From Deltaproteobacteria bacterium TMED58 (GTDB lineage: Bacteria > Desulfobacterota_D > UBA1144): a stretch of DNA of 64,000 nt. The DNA is taken from the NCBI GenBank assembly GCA_002167555.2, contig NHDL02000003.1, forward strand, positions 81,734-145,733. The letters run 5' to 3'. The position numbers and the translations under genes are program-made. The notes beneath the pieces were generated by a model. That model searched no databases and was not told where the DNA came from. It saw nothing but the letters and a program-made list of their open reading frames with translations. Positions 30,903 through 39,555 of this stretch are shown in pieces; the first letter of the stretch is position 1, and each line of letters opens with the position of its first letter.

Positions 30903-32930
30903 TTAATCTTTTCTCTTGAAAATTGTTAAAACTGTTTGGTTCCAGCCATCATGGTAATTATGCATAAGAGGTACAGTCTCAATTTTTTTGTAACCTCTAT
31001 TTATCACATTTGGTATATCATTCGTCCAGTAAGAATATTTTGCATGTAATAAAAATGGATCCTCGTCAAAGAAGATCCAGTCTGCCTCGCCAAGTTCAAT
31101 ATAATCAAGAACCTGATCTCCTTGGTTAGCCTGCATTATATGATACGAATTTGCTATAGATAATGGGGATTTAATTTTTAATTTCATATATAAATATGCA
31201 TCCCAAGTTGAAAAAATTATAATTTTGTCGTCTTTACTTATCTTATATTTATTTAACAGGCTTTTAATCTTAATGTACCTATCCTTCCATCTTGGAACTA
31301 AATCCTCATTGGAATGAAAATCAGACATCCTCACATATTTAACAGAATATTTCCCATTAAGCCCCGGCTCTTCCCACAATATCTTGGAATTAGAATTATT
31401 TTTTAAATAAAACTCATGAATTCTCACATGGTTAAATCTAAATGGATTTTTATAATCCATAACCAACAAGGAGGTACATAAAAGTAGGAACAATAGAAGT
31501 AGGTATGGCAAAAGATTATATGGATTTTTTAATTGTGCTATAGATTTAATTTTTAAAATTAAATTAAAATCATTATTCTTAATCCTATTGTCTATATAAA
31601 AAATAATTAAAAAGATAGCAGGATATGAAACTCTGGCTGCTACTTGAGGTTGATGCGTATAGGCATGATAGCTGAAGGAACCAATTCCAAATATGGTAAT
31701 AAGGAAAATAATTGTATTTATATAATCCTTCCTATTCAGCATCGACCAAATTGAATAATTAAGGGCAAAAATATAGGTTGCTACTATTAAAATCCATGTA
31801 CCATTCAATTTAAGATTAGATAAACCCGAGGAGCTATATCCTGATATATAATATTCATGTACAGCGAACTGCATTGTATAATCTGCCCAAGAGCCAAGCG
31901 TTAACTTGTAGTAAAGACTATAGAGACTAAGTATGATGATTGGTATTAAAAAACATTTAAAAATCTCAACAAAGAAAACAGAGAATCTCTTTAGAAAAGA
32001 CTCTTTTTCACAAAATTTTTGAAATGATACTGTTAAAGTAAAAGCTAATAGGCAAACTATTCCTACATCTGCATTCCATATTACACCCATAGATAAAACT
32101 ACTAAAGTTAAAATAAAATTTTTAATGTTTGGTTTTCTAAAATAAAAATATCCCATCAATATCATTAATGCAGGAAAGAAAATTCTTATAGGAAAATAAG
32201 GAAAAAAGAGCTGGTATGGCCAAAGTGTGGTAGAGAATAAATGTATATAAATATATGATAGGAAGCCTATCAAAACCAAAAACTTATTATGTATAACTCT
32301 ATAGAGAAAGAAACCCCATATAAAAAACACTATTGATAGAATAATTCCTAATGTTGTTGATATTGTTATTAAATTTAACCCAAACAAAGTTAGTATGGGT
32401 TTAAGGAATATAGGGTAGCCGCCATATTGCGAAATTAGATCAAAAAAAATATGCTTACCCAAGCTAACTTGATTTATAGCATGAAGCACATTCTGAAAAT
32501 TCTGTGCATTTTCATTATATCTATGAAATTCATTGAATGGGACCTGATAACCCAAATAGATTATAAATAAAACTATAGATCCAAAAATATATCTTGAAGT
32601 AATAGCTTTTATTTCATCTGAGATTTTTTGATAAAAAGAAAAAAGAAAAAGAAAGAAGATTAAGAGGGTCCATAAAATAGGGTTAGTCAGTAACGATTTT
32701 CTGTAAAGGTCTGTTGTGAATCCCCAATCAACGACAAAAAAGGAAAAGATTAGTAATGACAATATCGTAAGCCACATAAATTTTTTATTAAAGTATTCAA
32801 TCCTTAGCTTAAAAAAGCCTTTTTTAAATAATATATAGTTAAATACTAGGGCGAAAAGAATCAATACGAATGAGGATATTACATAATCTGGTAACAAAAA
32901 AAGTTCATTAAAATTAAAAACTGGATTCAA
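30903..32930 (-). CDS. large polytopic membrane protein with C-terminal soluble domain (possibly GT-C-like glycosyltransferase, unproven)
   Basis: 675 aa. About 14 hydrophobic segments span the first 480 aa or so, followed by a hydrophilic domain of about 190 aa. The TTG start has no obvious SD, so the N-terminus is uncertain. Confidence 0.7.
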   Translation of the reverse strand: MNPVFNFNELFLLPDYVISSFVLILFALVFNYILFKKGFFKLRIEYFNKKFMWLTILSLLIFSFFVVDWGFTTDLYRKSLLTNPILWTLLIFFLFLFSFYQKISDEIKAITSRYIFGSIVLFIIYLGYQVPFNEFHRYNENAQNFQNVLHAINQVSLGKHIFFDLISQYGGYPIFLKPILTLFGLNLITISTTLGIILSIVFFIWGFFLYRVIHNKFLVLIGFLSYIYIHLFSTTLWPYQLFFPYFPIRIFFPALMILMGYFYFRKPNIKNFILTLVVLSMGVIWNADVGIVCLLAFTLTVSFQKFCEKESFLKRFSVFFVEIFKCFLIPIIILSLYSLYYKLTLGSWADYTMQFAVHEYYISGYSSSGLSNLKLNGTWILIVATYIFALNYSIWSMLNRKDYINTIIFLITIFGIGSFSYHAYTHQPQVAARVSYPAIFLIIFYIDNRIKNNDFNLILKIKSIAQLKNPYNLLPYLLLLFLLLCTSLLVMDYKNPFRFNHVRIHEFYLKNNSNSKILWEEPGLNGKYSVKYVRMSDFHSNEDLVPRWKDRYIKIKSLLNKYKISKDDKIIIFSTWDAYLYMKLKIKSPLSIANSYHIMQANQGDQVLDYIELGEADWIFFDEDPFLLHAKYSYWTNDIPNVINRGYKKIETVPLMHNYHDGWNQTVLTIFKRKD

Positions 32931-33089
32931 TATTCTTATAGTAAAAATTGAAATTATTAGAACAATGAGGCTAAAAAAAGAGGAAAAAATGGAAATTTGT
33001 TTACTCCATGTTAATTAAATCAGTAAGTACTTATAATAATATAAATCTTTATAATTGTAATAACAACCGCGAAAGACTAAAATAGCATA

Positions 33090-34409
33090 ATGAAAGTACT
33101 TCTTCTTGATGTTTACATAAAAGATTCAAAATATAGAATCTGCAAAGATACCAATGGTTCTTATGGTACAGCTAATGATTATGGTGATTCCTTATTCCCT
33201 AAACTATTAACAAAGATTGCCAAGAATACTAACTTCTGGCCACCTATATATTTAATGTATGTTGGTGCTGTGTTGAGAGAAAAGGGGCACGAAGTTCATT
33301 ATTCAAACAATATAGTAAATGATGAAGAATATGATTGCGTTATAATGTCGAGCTCAATTGTCTGTCATGAGTCTGAGATAAAAGAGATTAAAAAAATAAA
33401 TAAAAAGAGTAAGGTTATTGTTGTTGGTTCTTTTGTGACAAGTAATCCCGAAAAATATCTTGAAACAGGAGTAAAGGTTGTGCTTGGAGAGCCTGAATTT
33501 TATTTTCTAAGAAATAGTCTTGATAAAATTTTAAAGGATAATAATTTTTCTTTTAATTCAATCAACAAAGAGAATGAGGATTTAGATTCTCTTCCTATTC
33601 CATGCTGGGACTTAGTAATTAATCGCTTATCATTCAGCGGTGGGCTAAAAAAGAAAAAATGTATACCTATTCTAGGTGAGCGAGGCTGTCCTTACTCCTG
33701 CTTTAATTACTGCACTTACCCATTAGCGCAAGGAAGAACGCCCCGTGCAAGGTCGACTGAAAAAATAGTAGAGGAATTAAAATATTGGAATAAAAATTTC
33801 CAGGTTAATGAATTTGTATTCAGGGACCCTGTATTTTCTATTGATAGAGGCAGAACGGAAAACCTTGCTAAAGCTATAATTGATGAAGGTTTAGATATTA
33901 AATTTACAATAGAAACACATCTAAATAATTTGGACTATGAACTTGTTATGCTTTTAAAAAAAGCTGGTGTATTCATAATTAGAGTTGGAATCGAATCCGT
34001 CAATTATGATGTCATCGCGGACGCAAAAAGATTTAGTTTAAAAAAAGAAAAAGAAAAAGAAAAATTAGATATGATTCACTCTATAGGAATTAAAGTAATC
34101 GGTATGTATATCTTAGGATATGAGACAGATACTAAAGAATCCTGCCTCGCTACTATAAAATATGCAAAAGAACTAAATACATACATTGCAGTATTTAGTG
34201 TTTTTACTCCTTATCCTGGGACGCCAATTTTTATGAAGTTTAAAGACAGGATTACATCAAAGAATTATGAGGACTTTAATCAATGGAAGCTTGTGTTTGA
34301 TCATGCAAATATGAGTGGAAAAGAAATAAGGGGACTACTTGACTATGCATTTACAACCTATTATCTGAGCATAAGATGGATTATAAAGAATCTAAGGTTA
34401 GCTCTTTAA
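33090..34409 (+). CDS. B12-binding-domain radical SAM protein (class B-like)
   Basis: 439 aa. A Rossmann-like domain (VIVVGSFVTSNPE) sits at the N-terminus, followed by a radical SAM core with the Cys cluster GERGCPYSCFNYCTYP. Confidence 0.8.
   Translation: MKVLLLDVYIKDSKYRICKDTNGSYGTANDYGDSLFPKLLTKIAKNTNFWPPIYLMYVGAVLREKGHEVHYSNNIVNDEEYDCVIMSSSIVCHESEIKEIKKINKKSKVIVVGSFVTSNPEKYLETGVKVVLGEPEFYFLRNSLDKILKDNNFSFNSINKENEDLDSLPIPCWDLVINRLSFSGGLKKKKCIPILGERGCPYSCFNYCTYPLAQGRTPRARSTEKIVEELKYWNKNFQVNEFVFRDPVFSIDRGRTENLAKAIIDEGLDIKFTIETHLNNLDYELVMLLKKAGVFIIRVGIESVNYDVIADAKRFSLKKEKEKEKLDMIHSIGIKVIGMYILGYETDTKESCLATIKYAKELNTYIAVFSVFTPYPGTPIFMKFKDRITSKNYEDFNQWKLVFDHANMSGKEIRGLLDYAFTTYYLSIRWIIKNLRLAL
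33687..33713 (+). other. putative [4Fe-4S] cluster-binding motif CPYSCFNYC (Cx3Cx3C)
   Basis: Read directly from the DNA: tgt cct tac tcc tgc ttt aat tac tgc, in frame with the 33090 ORF. Confidence 0.6.
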
Positions 34410-34421
34410 TATACAAAAAAA

Positions 34422-35675
34422 CTAATTATTCGTATAAGCTTTTTTAAATCTTTTATATAATAATATTCCCACTATAAAGAGAGTAAAAACTGCAAAGATA
34501 ATTGTTTTTGTCTCCTTAAAAATACCATATTTTCTAAATACCAAATTTATTTCATCTCCCTTGTTAATATTACTTATTGAATATGTGGTGTATTCGTCAT
34601 TAGCCAACTCCGCTATAGGAGAATCTTTTTTAACAAAATTTAAACCCTCAATTGATAAAGAAAGCTTATTCTCAGGAACTATAATCGTTAAACTAGAAAT
34701 ATTATTAAGAAATACTTTTGATAATTTAGTCGAGAAGAAATTAAGCTCTTTTGCGTATGTTAAAACAACTCTTCTATTGCCTGGTGGCATAGGAAGAGTA
34801 TCTGTTACCTTATCTTTAGAGACTATAAAAGTACTCTCACTCCTATGGGGGAAACTTAAATCTGTTACTTCAGGAAATAATGCATATGAATTTATCTTTC
34901 TCTGTTTTTCTGAAAAGTCATTAGTACCAATAAAAATTTCACTAGAATTATTAGAAATATTAAAAATCTCAGCAACTACTATAGAATTTGAATCTTCATC
35001 ATAACTTATAATTAAATGCCCAGAATCAAGATTTAAATTTTCATAGTCTTGAGTTGAATCATAAACTACCAGATCCACAACTTTTTCATATTCGTTAGGT
35101 AAAAAATAAAATTTATCAGTTGAATATTCTATTCCATCATAAAAGATTTTTATGCGATATGATATATTCCCCTCTAGTTTGTCAAAATTAAAATCACCTT
35201 TGACAGTTGATACTTTCATCGAGCTTTTAACTTTATCAGCCATTACAAGCTCTAATTCTACTTCTTGGTTATCAAGAAATTCTTTAGTACTAAAGCTCTG
35301 AACTTTTCCACTTATTTTTACTTTTGAGCCTCGCTTAACCAACTCCTTAGTTCGTTCAATATATTTTAATAATTTACTTGCTTCATCTTTATTGACATTT
35401 ATGTAAGGCATAGGAGGATATCCATCATTAATGGGCATTTTTGCATATTTTTTGTAAATAGATTGTGGATTTTGAATCCATTGAAGAACTTCTTCCTTAG
35501 AGTATTTATCTAAAGAATAATAAAGGTCAGGTCCAACGAACCTCCCTCTTCCTATAACATGACAAGTTATGCACCTCTTTTCAATAAACACCTTCTCCAA
35601 ATCCTTCAAATCTTTACTTTGCGAATAAGTCACCACAGGAAATAGCATCAATAATATCAAAAAAATATTTTTCAT
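34422..35675 (-). CDS. membrane-anchored monoheme c-type cytochrome fused to a large beta-rich domain
   Basis: 417 aa from ATG 35675. It has a signal peptide (MKNIFLILLMLFPVVTYSQS), a CITCH heme c motif, downstream Met candidates (KMP, PPMP), about 300 aa of uncharacterised sequence and a C-terminal TM (IIFAVFTLFIVGILLY). Confidence 0.8.
   Translation of the reverse strand: MKNIFLILLMLFPVVTYSQSKDLKDLEKVFIEKRCITCHVIGRGRFVGPDLYYSLDKYSKEEVLQWIQNPQSIYKKYAKMPINDGYPPMPYINVNKDEASKLLKYIERTKELVKRGSKVKISGKVQSFSTKEFLDNQEVELELVMADKVKSSMKVSTVKGDFNFDKLEGNISYRIKIFYDGIEYSTDKFYFLPNEYEKVVDLVVYDSTQDYENLNLDSGHLIISYDEDSNSIVVAEIFNISNNSSEIFIGTNDFSEKQRKINSYALFPEVTDLSFPHRSESTFIVSKDKVTDTLPMPPGNRRVVLTYAKELNFFSTKLSKVFLNNISSLTIIVPENKLSLSIEGLNFVKKDSPIAELANDEYTTYSISNINKGDEINLVFRKYGIFKETKTIIFAVFTLFIVGILLYKRFKKAYTNN
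35559..35573 (-). other. heme c attachment motif CITCH
   Basis: The minus strand reads TGC ATA ACT TGT CAT. Confidence 0.85.
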
Positions 35676-35679
35676 AACT

Positions 35680-35790
35680 TTAAATATCCCAATCAATTTT
35701 CTTTATGTCAGATTTATTTACTAGTAGAGGATAAAAAATATAAGATAGAGATAATAAAGTAATTAATATAGTAATAAAAATTTCCAACAT
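35680..35790 (-). CDS. 36-aa single-TM peptide translationally coupled to ccmF
   Basis: MLEIFITILITLLSLSYIFYPLLVNKSDIKKIDWDI. The ATG shares one base with the ccmF TAA (TAATG) and lies 7 nt after GGAGGA. The longer ORF-track version overlaps ccmF and is rejected. Confidence 0.55.
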   Translation of the reverse strand: MLEIFITILITLLSLSYIFYPLLVNKSDIKKIDWDI

Positions 35791-37712
35791 TAAATTTTCC
35801 TCCTGAACATAATTAGGACACCACCCAGAATTGATACCAAGCTGCCAATCCAAAGAAGTGAAACCCAAGGATTAATATATATCTTAAAATTGAATCTACC
35901 GTCCTCCATATCATCAATCAGAATAAGATAATAATCTTTTTTTAATGTGTTATATATTGCGACTTCTGTCTCCTTATTTATCTCCCTATTACCTTCATAC
36001 TTATATAAATTTTGTTCCGGATATAAATAATAACTACTTCCACTATCTGTAAGCAATAATTTCGCACCCAAAATATTCTTAGCCTCGCTCTCTTTTTTAT
36101 AAGTTTCTAGCAGCTTTATATCATAGTCGTTTATTTTCAAACTCTGCCCTGTTGATAAAATAAAATCTGATTTTGTCCCATATACAGAAGAAAGCGTTAT
36201 CCCTATTATAAGTAAAATTATCCCAAAATGAACAAGAAATGAACAATACCTTCTATATCTTTTACTTAGAATATCTTTCCATTTTAAGCCTCTTGCTAGC
36301 TGTAACTTAAATTCAACAATAATATCTTGGAGAATAACAAAAATTACGAATGAAGATATAAAGAATATTAACAAAACCTTAAAATTATCAAAGAACATAT
36401 AGGCAACGAATGTAGTCAAAATTGATAAAATTACCGGCTTTAAAAGCAACATTAATATCGGAGATAATTTTCCGGTTTTCCAAGGAATTATTGGCGCAAC
36501 TGACATTAAGGACATTAGAGCTAATACGTTAGGAAAATTAACTAAGTCATAAAATGTTGGACCAACAAGTATCTTTTCTCCAGTAAAAGCCTCAGAAATT
36601 ATAGGAAAAACTGTACCCAGAAAAACAGTTAAGGTAATTATTAAAAAAAATATATTGTTAAAAATTAAAAAGTTTTCTTTTGAAAATAATGATACTATAT
36701 CTTCGTTAGATGAAATTAATTTTTTATTCTTTTGATACATAAAAATTGCAAATACAACTGTTAAAATTATAAAGACAATAAAATATGGTCCAATACTTGA
36801 TTGAGCAAAAGAATGTACGGATGATATTAAGCCGCTCCTTGTTATAAAAGTTCCAAAGATTGATAGAAAAAAGGCAAGAAATATGAGACATATATTCCAT
36901 CTTCTTAATAAACTTCGTGTTTCTTGAGCCATAGAGGAATGTAGAAATGCTGTCAATGCTAACCAAGGCATTAAGGCAACATTTTCAACGGGGTCCCAAG
37001 CCCAATAGCCACCCCATCCTAATTCTAAATAAGCCCATCTAGAGCCTAGTAATAGACCTAATGAAAGAAATATCCAACTAAAATATGTCCAATTTTTAGA
37101 TCGAAGAACCCAATTATCAGTTTTATCTTTCGATATTATAGACCCAAGTGCGAATGCAAAAGGTATAGTGAGAGCAATATAACCAATATACAAAGTTAAT
37201 GGATGAATGGCCATATAAAAATTCTGAAGTATAGGATTAAGACCTCTACCATTTAAAGGAATGGCACCTAAAGTATCAAAAGGACTTTCTACAAACACAA
37301 TTAGGAAAATAAAAAAAGATAAGATAAAGAGTGATACTGATTCCGACGAAGGGAGTAATGATTTAAAAGGTTTAGAGAACCTAATAGTTAAAGTATAAAG
37401 AGACAATATCCACGACCAAAGAAGAAGTGAGCCTTCTTGGCCTGCCCATAATGCAGCTATAGAATATATAAAAGATAAGTCGTTACTAATATTCTTAGCA
37501 ACATATGCATTACTGTAGTCTTTTGTTGTAAGCAAATAGATAAGTACTAAGACTGAAATTGAAAGTAATGCGAATATAGCTAGAATGGATCTAGTGCCTA
37601 TCGAAACTAAAAGATTGGATTTCTTTCTTATTCCGACAAAATAAGAGTAGAGGCCTATAAGACCAGCTAAAAAAGAAATAAAAAGTAGCGTTTCTCCAAT
37701 ATTATTTAACAA
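35790..37712 (-). CDS. ccmF: cytochrome c-type biogenesis protein CcmF (heme lyase subunit)
   Basis: 640-aa polytopic protein with the WWD-type motif WGGYWAWDPVENVALMPWL. Confidence 0.94.
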   Translation of the reverse strand: MLNNIGETLLFISFLAGLIGLYSYFVGIRKKSNLLVSIGTRSILAIFALLSISVLVLIYLLTTKDYSNAYVAKNISNDLSFIYSIAALWAGQEGSLLLWSWILSLYTLTIRFSKPFKSLLPSSESVSLFILSFFIFLIVFVESPFDTLGAIPLNGRGLNPILQNFYMAIHPLTLYIGYIALTIPFAFALGSIISKDKTDNWVLRSKNWTYFSWIFLSLGLLLGSRWAYLELGWGGYWAWDPVENVALMPWLALTAFLHSSMAQETRSLLRRWNICLIFLAFFLSIFGTFITRSGLISSVHSFAQSSIGPYFIVFIILTVVFAIFMYQKNKKLISSNEDIVSLFSKENFLIFNNIFFLIITLTVFLGTVFPIISEAFTGEKILVGPTFYDLVNFPNVLALMSLMSVAPIIPWKTGKLSPILMLLLKPVILSILTTFVAYMFFDNFKVLLIFFISSFVIFVILQDIIVEFKLQLARGLKWKDILSKRYRRYCSFLVHFGIILLIIGITLSSVYGTKSDFILSTGQSLKINDYDIKLLETYKKESEAKNILGAKLLLTDSGSSYYLYPEQNLYKYEGNREINKETEVAIYNTLKKDYYLILIDDMEDGRFNFKIYINPWVSLLWIGSLVSILGGVLIMFRRKI

Positions 37713-38118
37713 AGCTTACCTTACTTTCTTCATATGCTTCATCTTCGTATTTTGTAGGACATTTAGCAAATAATTTATTTGCAATAAAAGTAGTATCAAT
37801 TAATTCTCCTTCTACTACTGCTTCAATTTCATCAGTAAAAATATCAGGAACCTCCCCTTTGTATTGAACATTTATAGTCTTAACTTTATCGGTAATAATA
37901 AAGTTAATTGAACCATCCGAATTTTTCTTTATAGACCCCTCTTCCACAATGCCGGATACCCTCAATCTTTTGAACTTGCTAGATGATTTTTCTGCTAAAG
38001 CTTCTGACACAGTTAGGTAATATACGAGAGATGATTCAACAGCTTTATATATTAAAAAAGAAAAGAATAGCCCTATTATTACAACGAATATTTGAATCTT
38101 TTTTTTTGGTGACGCCAT
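37702..38118 (-). CDS. ccmE: cytochrome c maturation heme chaperone CcmE, Cys variant (CxxxY)
   Basis: 138 aa with an N-terminal TM and OB-fold body (LRVSGIVEEGSI). The C-terminal AKCPTKYEDE sits where canonical CcmE has HxxxY. Confidence 0.9.
   Translation of the reverse strand: MASPKKKIQIFVVIIGLFFSFLIYKAVESSLVYYLTVSEALAEKSSSKFKRLRVSGIVEEGSIKKNSDGSINFIITDKVKTINVQYKGEVPDIFTDEIEAVVEGELIDTTFIANKLFAKCPTKYEDEAYEESKVSFVK
37747..37761 (-). other. CPTKY motif at the canonical CcmE heme-binding HxxxY position
   Basis: The minus strand reads TGT CCT ACA AAA TAC. Confidence 0.85.
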
Positions 38119-38231
38119 TAGTCCTTACCATTTAATCTTCGATTTATATAAACTAGGTATAAAAATAAAATAACCCAAAAAGCTATTTGGGAATAAAAAA
38201 GGTACTCTAAAGAATCAATAATAAAATTCAT
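38118..38231 (-). CDS. ccmD: heme exporter protein CcmD (small TM protein)
   Basis: Not in the ORF track. Hand translation gives MNFIIDSLEYLFYSQIAFWVILFLYLVYINRRLNGKD (37 aa, one TM followed by a basic tail). Its stop overlaps the ccmE ATG (TAATG). It lies between ccmC and ccmE. Confidence 0.7.
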   Translation of the reverse strand: MNFIIDSLEYLFYSQIAFWVILFLYLVYINRRLNGKD

Positions 38232-38252
38232 GATATTTATATTAACTTCCAA

Positions 38253-38882
38253 TTATATTTTATCTAGCTTTATTCTCATGTCTAACAAATAAAAATAAAG
38301 AAATAAAAATGCAATGAATGTTACTATTAATGTATCCATCATTTCTGGGGCTATTCCCCCGCCTTCTCCGCCAAAAACAACCGGTGAAATTCCTCTCATA
38401 ACTCTCACTGAAATGTAAACAATAGGAAGATCAATAAAAGCAATAATTGCAAAAATTGACGAGTATCTTGGCACTCCAGATTTTTCCGCAAGCTTATGAA
38501 AAACAAGATATGTAAAATATAAAATAAAAAGTATTAAAGTAGTCGTAAGTTGTGGATCAGATGTCCACCATGTGCCCCAAACTGGCTTAGCCCAAATAGA
38601 ACCAGAAACTAGCGTAAGAAGGGTGAATAGTGTACCAATTTCTGCATTTATATAAGCCATATTAGACTCACTAGGGTTATTGCTTCTTAGATATTTAATC
38701 GAATATATAAGGTTCATAGTAAATGCTATAGTAAAAACTAGAACGTATCCCATATGAAAATAGAATATCCTTTGCACATCCCCCATAATTTTCTCTTTCG
38801 GAGCATATATAAAAATCATATATAAGCTAAGTGTCATAAAAATGGAAAATAATAAAAAGGAGTTTTTTCTCAAAAAAATCAA
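38253..38882 (-). CDS. ccmC: heme exporter protein CcmC
   Basis: 209 aa with the WWD motif WGTWWTSDPQLTT and the conserved His context RIFYFHMG. TTG start. Confidence 0.93.
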   Translation of the reverse strand: MIFLRKNSFLLFSIFMTLSLYMIFIYAPKEKIMGDVQRIFYFHMGYVLVFTIAFTMNLIYSIKYLRSNNPSESNMAYINAEIGTLFTLLTLVSGSIWAKPVWGTWWTSDPQLTTTLILFILYFTYLVFHKLAEKSGVPRYSSIFAIIAFIDLPIVYISVRVMRGISPVVFGGEGGGIAPEMMDTLIVTFIAFLFLYFYLLDMRIKLDKI

Positions 38883-38886
38883 TATA

Positions 38887-39552
38887 TCACCTTCTAATAG
38901 AGTAACTAAAAAGAATAGGACAAATAGTCAGTAAAAGTATATCGAATGCAGCCAAAGCTTGCAAAGGAAAGGATTTAAAAAAGAAAAGGCTATCGGAAAT
39001 ATTGACTAGCATGATTGAACTATATCCAAGTATCAAAAAAGGAAGTATAAGAGGGTAGATTAAGATAAACATAAATTGACCTTCTCCTCTTACTCTTTCA
39101 AGCATTAGTGAAAATGTAGATAAAATTGATGACAGCCCTAAAGTAAAAAGAAAACATAAAGAGATAAAGTTAATACCATTGATAAATAAGGGTGTATTTG
39201 AAATTAAAGATAGAAATATAAAAACAATAAGATGAATAAATAAGCAAATAATCATAAAAAATAAAATCTTTGCAAAACAAACTATTGATAGATCGATTGG
39301 AGCTGATATAAGTATCAACTCTCCATCTAAGGATATTTCTTGTCTTGAAATTCTTTGGTTTGCAACCAACGAAGATATTAATGATGTATAAAAAAAGAGC
39401 TCTATCAAATTATTAGACCCAATAAAAGTAAAACCAATTAATGATAGACTTATTGCTAAAATAATTACATAAATTAAATTAAGTTTTTCTCTAAACTCGA
39501 TTCTAAGATCCTTTTTTAAAATTAAAAAAACAATATCTATAAAATTTCTCAT
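38887..39552 (-). CDS. ccmB: heme exporter permease CcmB
   Basis: 221-aa protein with about 6 TM segments, between ccmA and ccmC. Confidence 0.85.
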   Translation of the reverse strand: MRNFIDIVFLILKKDLRIEFREKLNLIYVIILAISLSLIGFTFIGSNNLIELFFYTSLISSLVANQRISRQEISLDGELILISAPIDLSIVCFAKILFFMIICLFIHLIVFIFLSLISNTPLFINGINFISLCFLFTLGLSSILSTFSLMLERVRGEGQFMFILIYPLILPFLILGYSSIMLVNISDSLFFFKSFPLQALAAFDILLLTICPILFSYSIRR

Positions 39553-39555
39553 ATT

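Noticed and set aside
32931-33089. Possible cobalamin riboswitch or small ORF in the 159-nt spacer upstream of the B12 radical SAM gene
   Set aside because: The region is too short and too AT-rich for a cobalamin riboswitch, and no B12-box-like GC-rich core is visible. The 17-aa ORF (MRLKKEEKMEICLLHVN) has no supporting signal.
34041-34064. Simple A/G repeat (aaaaaagaaaaagaaaaagaaaaa)
   Set aside because: It lies in frame within the radical SAM gene and encodes KKEKEKEK. There is no evidence of phase variation. It looks like compositional low complexity.
35791-35868. Long form (62 aa) of the small ORF after ccmF
   Set aside because: It would overlap the 3' end of ccmF by 79 nt in another frame. 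An internal ATG with a GGAGGA SD sits exactly at the ccmF stop and is far more plausible.
36724-36966. 80-aa same-strand ORF inside ccmF
   Set aside because: It is an alternative frame within a conserved membrane-protein gene, with no SD and no motifs.
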